DNA of 64,000 bases from Rebecca billardiae RCC1528 (lineage: Eukaryota; Protista; Haptophyta): the NCBI GenBank assembly GCA_965240325.2, contig OZ251229.1, positions 2,418,001 to 2,482,000 of the forward strand, given 5' to 3'. The position numbers were made by a program, and so were the translations under genes. Shown in pieces: positions 56,103 to 64,000 of the stretch. The stretch's first letter is position 1. Every line of letters begins with the position of its first letter. A model generated the notes under the pieces. It ran no database searches and was not told the DNA's origin. It saw only the letters and a program-made list of their open reading frames with translations.

Positions 56103-58340
56103 ATGGCTCCCCGACGTCGTCCCTCGGCGGCGACGCAGTGGGCCCACGTGCTGCTTCTCCTCCGCCACGTGGTTGTGGTCGTGGCTGTGCACGCGGCGGC
56201 GATGAACACGTCGCGGCCTCTGCCTGACCCCGCTCCCGTGTACGCCATCGCTCTCGACCGGCCCTTCCCACGCGCTGCGGGTGCCGTGGCTCTGTGTGAC
56301 CGCGAGCCGAGTGTGTGCACGTGGCGGCCTGCCACGCTGCTCGAGGGGATCGCGGTGCGATGGCTGTCATGGCGCCTCTTTGACCCTCGCAGACGGCCCG
56401 ACTCGGCCACGCTCGATCGGCCCGACGTCCTTCCTGCAGGTGGCTTGAAGCTGAAGATTATCACGTCGCTCGCGATGCAGATGCAAGGCATGGGGATGCA
56501 CAAGCAGAGCAACGCAGCCGCCACGGATGAGTCGACGAGTCGCTCGCCCGAGGAGTCACGCAGAGAGGCTTCCGACGCGACGCCCGGTGATTCGGCAGCA
56601 TCGGCCAGGGGCCGCAGACTCGGCAGCATCGCACCGTGCCCTCCTCCACGTGACAAGCCTGGCAACAGTCGCCGGATGCGGCGATTGGCAGGCACAGACA
56701 CGGGGCGGCGCACTTTCGCTGGCGGCGGCGGAGGGCGCGCACCGCGTCTCGGCGCTCAGCAGCACGACGGACACGCGCGGAGGCAGTGGCCCGGGGCGCG
56801 GCGCTTGAGCCCGCCGTTCGACGGCCCCGAGCAGCTGCGCTCATACATCGATGTGCCGCGGCTGCGGGCCGCCGCCTTGGCCGCGCTCTCCGCGGGTGAG
56901 GACACGTCCTGGGCGCGTCTGCTGGAGTTGAAGCTGCCCGGCCACCACATCCTCTCCGCGCTCGGGGTGCGCACGACGCGCCGGCTGCACTGCGCGCAAG
57001 GCACGCCTGCACTGCGCGCCTTTGCGCGCGAGCCCTCCGCCGAAGCCGCCGCGACGTTCGCCACGGGCGACTACGTGGTGAAGCGCGACAATGGCAATCA
57101 TGGGATCCAGGTGTTCGTCATGCACGCTGGGCACGACTCCTTCAGCGGCCGGCGCACCAATCTCATGGGGATCGCCGACAGTTTCGACCGCATGCTCGAG
57201 CGCGAGAGGATTACGCGCATGATGAGACATGGGAACACGCTGCGGCTGTGTCGCGCGCCAAGCGGCAAGGTGCAGGTGCGCCCCCTAGGCGACAACGATG
57301 CACGGTTCACGGATCGGAGCAACACCTTCTTCATCGAGCAAGCCGTGCAGGCGGAGAGGCCGCGTGCTCGGCACGCGCCCACGCAGCCCACCACGCGCCG
57401 CGGCGGTGCCACTGAGACTGCTGCGCAGCCGCAGGCCGCGCCCTCAGCCGTCGCGCCGCTCGAGCTCAAGCTCTTCACCTTTGGCTCGGACGTCGTGCTG
57501 GTCAAGGTGATGAGCATGCAGCACGCCGACGGCTCGTTTGTGAACCTCCGCCGCCCGGGGGTCGAGTTCCCGGACTGCTTGCCGTGCGAGCTCACCGATC
57601 TGGGCTGCACGCACTCGACGCTGGGCGTGGCGGACTCGCTCGCGCGTGGACGGCCAACGGGCGCCGGGATGAGCGCCGCCCGGCCTCGGCTGGCGGAGCC
57701 GCCGCACAGCTCCCGGGGAGGAGGATGGGAGTGGGGGTGCTACCAGGTCGACGAGGAGCTGCGCTACATCTGGCCGAACGACACAGACACTGCCGCGACT
57801 CGCGCAATCGGATCCGGTGCCGTGCGCCCACCACCGCTCGCGCTGCCGAGCCACGTGTCCAAGGCGGGCGTGCGCGCTGCGCTTGAGCTCGCGAGCACGC
57901 TGGGCGCAGCATTCGGCGTCTTCGGCCGGATCGACATGTACATTGCCGATGGTGGCCCCGTCGTCGGCGAAGTCACACTCACCCCTGGTGTCCTTCCAGA
58001 TAAGATACCGTACTCGCAGCGCTGGCACGCGTACCACAGGGGACGGCTCGCAAGGCTGCTTGGCGCGCAGTGGCGGGGCATCGCTGGCGGCGGGCGAGCG
58101 GTGCGCACGCCCTGCTGGCTCCGCGATTCCAATCGGTTCAGGGCGTGCCACCCTGCCTTGGGCCCGCTGATGCCGAATGGTACGCAGCAGCCGGGCGCGC
58201 TGGAGCTGCTTCTTGACAACTTCTGCGGGCAAGAGGCGAAGGAGGAGAAGGAGCAGTGGCGAGCGTTGGCCCGTGACATTGCTGACGTGTATGCTCGGTA
58301 CAAGTCGAGGCGGCTTGCGCTGGAGCCGCTGCCGGAGTAG
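56103..58340 (+). CDS. TupA-like ATP-grasp domain protein with an N-terminal signal/anchor
   Basis: DYVVKRDNGNHG, FFIEQAV, ELKLFTFG and FGRIDMY....PVVGEVTLTPG follow the ATP-grasp (TupA-type) motif order. Hydrophobic N-terminus. Confidence 0.65.
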   Translation: MAPRRRPSAATQWAHVLLLLRHVVVVVAVHAAAMNTSRPLPDPAPVYAIALDRPFPRAAGAVALCDREPSVCTWRPATLLEGIAVRWLSWRLFDPRRRPDSATLDRPDVLPAGGLKLKIITSLAMQMQGMGMHKQSNAAATDESTSRSPEESRREASDATPGDSAASARGRRLGSIAPCPPPRDKPGNSRRMRRLAGTDTGRRTFAGGGGGRAPRLGAQQHDGHARRQWPGARRLSPPFDGPEQLRSYIDVPRLRAAALAALSAGEDTSWARLLELKLPGHHILSALGVRTTRRLHCAQGTPALRAFAREPSAEAAATFATGDYVVKRDNGNHGIQVFVMHAGHDSFSGRRTNLMGIADSFDRMLERERITRMMRHGNTLRLCRAPSGKVQVRPLGDNDARFTDRSNTFFIEQAVQAERPRARHAPTQPTTRRGGATETAAQPQAAPSAVAPLELKLFTFGSDVVLVKVMSMQHADGSFVNLRRPGVEFPDCLPCELTDLGCTHSTLGVADSLARGRPTGAGMSAARPRLAEPPHSSRGGGWEWGCYQVDEELRYIWPNDTDTAATRAIGSGAVRPPPLALPSHVSKAGVRAALELASTLGAAFGVFGRIDMYIADGGPVVGEVTLTPGVLPDKIPYSQRWHAYHRGRLARLLGAQWRGIAGGGRAVRTPCWLRDSNRFRACHPALGPLMPNGTQQPGALELLLDNFCGQEAKEEKEQWRALARDIADVYARYKSRRLALEPLPE

Positions 58341-59766
58341 GACGAGTACCTTAGCAATATAGCAGGTCGGCGGTCGAGTCATAGCACGCGCAGTCTCAGC
58401 ATCGTCACGCAGATCATCGATGATATATCGGACGATACTACTACGTACGAATATTACACTCGGCTGAGACCTGACAGCTCATACCGGGCGCGCGGAGTAC
58501 GTCTCGGGCTACTACGCCTACTCTCGGCCCGGCGCGCGGCGGGGCCCGGAGTCTGACACCGGGGCCACGCCAGTCCGAGGGCACCCACATACTCGTATGG
58601 CGCCCATATAGTCATTGGCCATCATCACTTATTGTCATATCGATCGCCGCGAGTAGCATAACATATTTATTCACTTCATCAGCAGTCCGCAGTAGCTAGT
58701 GAGCCATCACGCTGACTGATGACACGCAGGTCCGACTAATCAGGCTCCGGATCGACTCACGAGACACACGACTCTGTCTGTCTGGCGGCCACGGTGGGCT
58801 GGCGCCGCCGTGGCGGGCCTGCGCGCAGCGGCCGCTCTGCTCTGCGGTCACCGCTCGTCAGTGTCGTCGATCTGATGATGATGTGTCGTACGACGTCAGA
58901 TCGCGATATATATGACTGTGACGAGCGTGCCAGTAGACTACGACCGACGACGAATGTCGTAGTCCGCGCCGGTCATCAAATAACATCATCAGTCAGCGCA
59001 CGTGGCCGCCGCCGGTCATCAGTCAGCTAGATGTCACGGATGCGGTGCCGGACTCTATCTGCGTCAGACGATCGATAGGACTTGCGCTGACGATACAGGC
59101 AATCGCGGGCAATAAGGAGCTGTCACGTTAAGAAACTGGGGCTTGCTATCTGCGGATCTGGCCTAGAAACTGAGACTAGCGATTGGCTGGTTCGCTATAC
59201 GCATAGTCACACTGAGAAACCGGGACCCGGACTACGTCGCCCGCGGCCGATGAGTGGTCCGCCGAGGGCCCGAGGCGCAGTGCCCGTGGGACGCGGCGCG
59301 CGGCCCGACTACGACGGTACGCCAAGTCCCGACTGAGTCTCCTGATGACTGACTCCTGGCCAGTGCACCGCAGCATCCATACAACATACATTATGCCAGA
59401 TTTGCTCCAAAATGGCCCAAAATTTTCTTCGGTCTCGCCGGCCGGGCCCGTAAAGACTCTGCGGGGGGCTGTGCCCCCCTGCGTCCCCCGCGGCCGCGCC
59501 TCAGCCTGCGCGGCGGGCGGACCCAGCTAAGAAACTGAGACTCCGTAGGCGTTCGGGCTACCGAACGGCTAAGAAACCGAGACTAGCCGTGAGATCTCTG
59601 ACTTCTTATTGCGTCGGCCCGCAATTGCCTGCATATCCGTCGTCGTCGCATCCGTCGTAGCAGTAGCATCAGCCATCACTCATCATCAGTACGCATCATC
59701 GATCATCATCAGCATCATCGATCACTGCGCTGTAATAACTGACTGCGCTAGCAGCTATATATATAT

Positions 59767-61425
59767 GTCTAGCCACTCCGCCATGCCCGGCTCGTACAAG
59801 GCGTCGGGTACGAATGGACTCTGGAGCTGGATGGTCGCGGCGCGCGGCGTCGTGGAGTAGACAGACCACAATGATCAATCATGGAACGATCAGGTTAGCT
59901 ATGTTGGGATTTGAGCAACGAACGACAGCGGGCGCTGGCAGCGGCGTGGCGGTTGAGCTGCTGCCCGAGGTCGAGAGGGCGCCCGCGAGTCGTCAGTCAC
60001 TGAGCAAGGTCGATTAAGGCTGATGGCTCGCTGACACTGCAGTGCTTCCATATCCGCCAGAGGCCGAGGGTGGGCGGGCGGGCAAACGATGAAGCGTGCG
60101 GGTTGACGCGACAGCGGCGAGAGCAAGAGACCATTGCATGAGGGGCGACGCGGCGAAGACAGATGATGACGTCGCGCCGCCGAACGATCAGGCGGGGAGC
60201 CGGGCCACACAGACAGCCAGCGACCTTACCGAGCAGAGGGGCTGCGGCGACTGCGGTGCACCTCCTGCAGCGGAGCGTGCACCCGGCAGTGCCCGATGCA
60301 GGCGATTCCCTTGCCCAGCTCGGCGCCTTCGTCGTGAGCAGCCCCATGGCGCCCCCGAGAGTGAAGCCTGATCGATCCGATGTGAGCGGTAACCAACCGA
60401 GTCCTGCAGGTGCGCCGCTGTGGGCCAGATTGGCAGCGCACCAGGACTCCGCCTGCGCGCGGCGGTGCGCACAGGACAACGCAGGAATGCCGTGCGAGCC
60501 GGATTCTTGGCGTCGCTCATAGACACTCAGTTATAGGTTCCCTATAACGCCACGTCTAGCCACTCCGCCATGCCCGGCTCGTACAAGGCGTCGGGTACGA
60601 ATGGACTCTGGAGCTGGATGGTCGCGGCGCGCGGCGTCGTGGAGTAGACAGACCACAATGATCAATCATGGAACGATCAGGTTAGCTATGTTGGGATTTG
60701 AGCAACGAACGACAGCGGGCGCTGGCAGCGGCGTGGCGGTTGAGCTGCTGCCCGAGGTCGAGAGGGCGCCCGCGAGTCCCGTTTATAAGTTGGAGCGGGC
60801 GTCCAAGTAGTCGTTGATGAATCCCGTTTAGAAATAGAAGAGACGAGGACTGCGCGGCCGCGCGCGCACGATCGATCGCGACGCGCGGCGAGCAGACACG
60901 CGTCAGAGTGCGCCGCACCCGCGCGACGCACGGGCGCGAGGCGAGCGCGTATCTCAAACGATGAAGCGTGCGGGTTGACGCGACAGCGGCGAGAGCAAGA
61001 GACCATTGCATGAGGGGCGACGCGGCGAAGACAGATGATGACGTCGCGCCGCCGAACGATCAGGCGGGGAGCCGGGCCACACAGACAGCCAGCGACCTTA
61101 CCGAGCAGAGGGGCTGCGGCGACTGCGGTGCACCTCCTGCAGCGGAGCGTGCACCCGGCAGTGCCCGATGCAGGCGATTCCCTTGCCCAGCTCGGCGCCT
61201 TCGTCGTGAGCAGCCCCATGGCGCCCCCGAGAGTGAAGCCTGATCGATCCGATGTGAGCGGTAACCAACCGAGTCCTGCAGGTGCGCCGCTGTGGGCCAG
61301 ATTGGCAGCGCACCAGGACTCCGCCTGCGCGCGGCGGTGCGCACAGGACAACGCAGGAATGCCGTGCGAGCCGGATTCTTGGCGTCGCTCATAGACACTC
61401 AGTTATAGGTTCCCTATAACGCCAC
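59767..61425. mobile_element. Family A non-autonomous element, 1659 bp, with A-X-B-A-Y-B split direct repeats, inserted in (TA)n
   Basis: A=59767-59991 and 60554-60778 (225 bp); X=59992-60082; B=60083-60553 and 60955-61425 (471 bp); Y=60779-60954. Flanks are TATATAT|GTCTAG and GCCAC|ATATA. Terminal hairpin GTTATAGG-TTC-CCTATAAC. Confidence 0.9.
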
Positions 61426-61771
61426 ATATACATGGCCCGCGGTGCAGGGACGGAGCGCGCAGCGTGGAGCCCGCACCAGCGGGCCCGAACCACGTTTCAA
61501 AAAGATCTTTGATCAAGAAAAAGGGACGCGGGGGCCGATTTTTAGGGCTGGCGGAGACCGAGTTTCGAATTTTGAGACCCTCTCTACAGATGCATCACGG
61601 AGAAAAAAACCGCGCCCGCGACATTCCCCTAATCAATCGTGGACGGCCGGGCGTGAGAGTTCACTTCTGTGTGAAGTAGGACGGTTACAAGTCCAATACA
61701 AGCGTCAGCTTCTTTGAGGCTATTTTTGCACGTCCTTACGGGATCAGCGAAGTAACCAACCGATATATATT

Positions 61772-61937
61772 GGCTTCGTCGGGGTCGTATTCACTACTGG
61801 AGAACATTTGCACCGCGCTTCGTATTCATATGTATGGTTCACGCAGGCATAAAATCGCTTCGTCCGGGTCGTATCCACTATACTGGAGAACATCATTTGC
61901 ACCGCTTCGTTTTCATACATTGTAATGTATATGGTTC
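61772..61937. repeat. Imperfect tandem duplication (period about 85 bp) inside element B
   Basis: GCTTCGTC.GGGTCGTAT.CACTA..CTGGAGAACAT..TTGCACCGC..TTCGT.TTCATA...TATGGTTC occurs twice. Confidence 0.75.
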
Positions 61938-62123
61938 GTGGACTGCTACGGGTTCGAGCAGAATATCATCGATATTCATCAGGCGCACGTGTGCGTATTC
62001 ATCATCAGCCTTCGGGAATTGGGAGTAGCTATTGGCCTTTTGCCCTCTGGCGAGCCAGTTGTGCGCAAGCACTTGAGCAGGCCTTGAGCAGGCTCGAGGC
62101 CACTTTTCTGCGCTCACGTGGAC

Positions 62124-62870
62124 ATGATGCCGAGCACGTCAGCTGGCGACGCCGACGAGGACCGCGCTCGCCGCGTATTGAACGTGCTGCTCGATTCCGG
62201 GGCAGTGAAGAAGGTGGCTAAGAGCACGCTCCAGAGCATCGCTGCTGCCATCTCAGTCGTGAGGCACAAGCAGGACGTGCCCTCTGCGGCGGTGAAGTAC
62301 AACGTGCCCAAATGGTCGATCTACAACTTCGTTCGCAAGGTCCGCACCGTGCTGGAGGACGAAGGCGCAATCGGCAGGGGGAGCGCGACGCGACTGATCA
62401 CCGACTTCACCACGCGCCCCGCAGGCCAGCTCCCTCCCTCCTCCTCACCCGGCCCAACAGCTGGCAGCCGCTTTGCGGCACTCGCCGCGCTCGACGGGGA
62501 AATGCCCGCTGCAGAGAAAGCACAGCCGCAGCGGGGGCGCCCGGCCGGCTCGCTCAGCCTGCTGGGCACGCTCAACCTAGGCGTCACGTGCTACCTCGGC
62601 TCGCTGCTGGCGGCGCTGCTCGCGTGCCCTTCCATCGTCTCGCTCGCCACATCTGCCGCGGCTGAGCAGTCCACCAACCCCATCGTGTCCCGAGCATGCG
62701 CTCGCTGGCGCTCGCGCATGTCAACTGCGAGTGGCCCAGCGAGGTGGGGCCGACGCGTAGCTTGCTCGAGCCGCTTAACGACGCGATCGCGGAGGTCTGT
62801 CGGTGGACAACGGCGTTTGGGCAGCAGCAGCAGGACGCGTGCGAGGTGCTGTACAAAATCATATGGAGGC
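62124..62870 (+). pseudogene. HTH-psq-like DNA-binding domain fused to a frameshifted, truncated USP (C19) deubiquitinase domain
   Basis: HTH AAAISVVRHKQDVPSAAVKYNVPKWSIYNFVRK (about 62229-62339). Cys box GTLNLGVTCYLGSLLAALL (Cys 62589-62591). A 1-nt frameshift near 62695 leads into FGQQQQDACEVLYKII (QQD box). No His box follows. Confidence 0.7.
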
Positions 62871-63240
62871 CCTGGCTGGCTGCGACGAGGCGTGCTCATA
62901 CCTTGGCTTGCTCGAGTGCCTCGGTCAGCTGGCGAGCGAGCAGCCCTCGCAGCAGCAGCGCGTGCCGACGCCGACGATCTCGCAGCAGCAGCGCGTGCCG
63001 ACGATCTCAGTCGGCCATGACTTCGACTGTACACAATCGGCGCCTCGCCGGCGGCTGCGATGGGCCCGTCCGGCCGCGCGGCGGGCGGCGGCGCGCCGCT
63101 GGATGGAGTCTACTCGCTGCCGGGCTCGCGGCCGGGCGGGCCCACTCTCGATCGCGACGGAGGGTGCGACGGAGGGTGCACCGCCACCGCGGGCCCCGAA
63201 CTACGTTCGTTCTACGGAAAAGGACCGCGGAACGCGGTCA

Positions 63241-63251
63241 TATATATATAG

Positions 63252-63319
<68 letters not shown>
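63241..63319. repeat. (TA)n microsatellite with one GC interruption
   Basis: Read directly from the sequence. Confidence 0.98.
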
Positions 63320-63321
<2 letters not shown>

Positions 63322-63773
63322 AAACAAAGCAGCTGCTGGTCGTGGCAATGTGCGGCTCGGGCGTGCGGCGGTAGGCGCGCAGCCGAGCGGCTTGCTGAGA
63401 CGAGTTGGGCATCCTCTGCTGGAGGTCGAGGCGATAGGTGTCTCGGGCGCGCAGCTGTTGTGCGCTGCCGAGTCCTACCTCGCGCGGATCGAGGAGCGAG
63501 GTGCGCGCCGATGATGCCCGCTGAATGCCCCCTTTTGGGGCTCCGACGAGGCGGCAAGAGCCAGAGCAGCTCGCCTTGTAACGAAGTGGAATGGCTCGGG
63601 GGCGCCCGAGAAGCCACTCTCACTCCAGGTGATGTAGCAGCCAGCCGTGTACCCGTAGAAGGTTCATGACGAATTCTGCGAGCTGGGTGCAACAGAGTGA
63701 GAGGCCACACGGCGAGCCCCGCCGTCACGCAGCAGCTCGTACACACTCAGTTATTGTACCAATAACAGGCCAC
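63320..63773. mobile_element. Family C fragment: (TA)n-flanked segment ending in a terminus related to family A
   Basis: Ends ACACTCA-GTTATTG-TAC-CAATAAC-AGGCCAC|ATATATA, versus family A ACACTCA-GTTATAGG-TTC-CCTATAAC-GCCAC|ATATA. The left boundary is the TA tract. Confidence 0.6.
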
Positions 63774-63927
63774 ATATATAACTACGACTACTGATCGGTC
63801 GCCCCGCGCCGCATGCAATTGCAAGCAGTGACGATCAGCCCCGGCGCTCTCACTCTGCCGCGGCGGCTCTGCCGCGCGGCGCAACTATAGTACTATTAGA
63901 CTATACTACTCATCTTATAATCAGTTA

Positions 63928-64000
63928 TGACCGCGTTCCGCGGTCCTTCCGTAGAACCAACGCAGAACTTTAGGGGCCCGCGGTGTACCCTCCGTCGGCT
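63928..64000 (-). mobile_element. Hairpin terminus of a second family-B-like element extending beyond the window
   Basis: The reverse complement reads CGACGGAGGGTACACCGCGGGCCCC...GTTCTACGGAAGGACCGCGGAACGCGGTCA|TAA, matching about 63168-63240. Confidence 0.75.

Larger units (their letters stand above)
61431..63240 (+). mobile_element. Family B element with Helitron2/Helentron-like ends carrying a decayed HTH + USP gene
   Basis: 5' GGCCCGCGGTG (61434-61444) is inverted at 63185-63195. 3' hairpin GACCGCG-GAA-CGCGGTC (63223-63239) is followed by (TA)n. A homologous end recurs inverted at 63928-64000. Confidence 0.6.

Noticed and set aside
37202-59350. Hammerhead ribozymes at scattered CTGATGA motifs
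   Set aside because: No stem II followed by GAAA was found at the sites inspected.
59766-61426. LTR retrotransposon/TRIM with TG...CA ends
   Set aside because: The T and A belong to the flanking TA tract (the internal junction is CAC|GTC), the repeats are split rather than terminal, and no PBS or PPT was seen.
62696-63746. ORFs containing poly-(IY)
   Set aside because: Translations through the (TA)n microsatellite.

Overview
Very GC-rich, gene-dense eukaryotic nuclear DNA with short GT-AG introns of about 85-210 nt. Signal-peptide-first plastid-type leaders, ciliary BBS machinery and SPPP-rich surface proteins suggest a flagellated alga with a secondary plastid, probably a haptophyte (inference). 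About 16 protein genes are supported: a partial coiled-coil gene, a RING-CH membrane E3, a 4xLamG/extensin/MAM surface protein, GT14, REV1, a hypothetical gene, VPS13, an ACAP-type ArfGAP, an MCF carrier, a PQ-loop protein, a YnbB-like PLP enzyme, a peroxiredoxin, a GT-A transferase, an MSP1/ATAD1-like AAA ATPase, a BBS12-like chaperonin and a TupA-like ATP-grasp protein. The most notable content is mobile DNA. (1) A non-coding, (TA)n-targeting element with A-X-B-A-Y-B split direct repeats and a terminal GNA-triloop hairpin occurs intact at 59767-61425 and rearranged, with a 639-bp-arm palindrome, at 3190-5263. A related terminus with a compensated stem lies at 63743-63773. (2) A Helitron2/Helentron-like element carries a decayed HTH-psq + USP gene (61431-63240). 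(3) A tRNA-derived SINE has two copies, both flanked by ACAGT. (4) There are several MITEs. REV1 also has its N-terminal helix+BRCT module placed downstream of the polymerase core. All calls come from reading motifs by eye; no searches were run.
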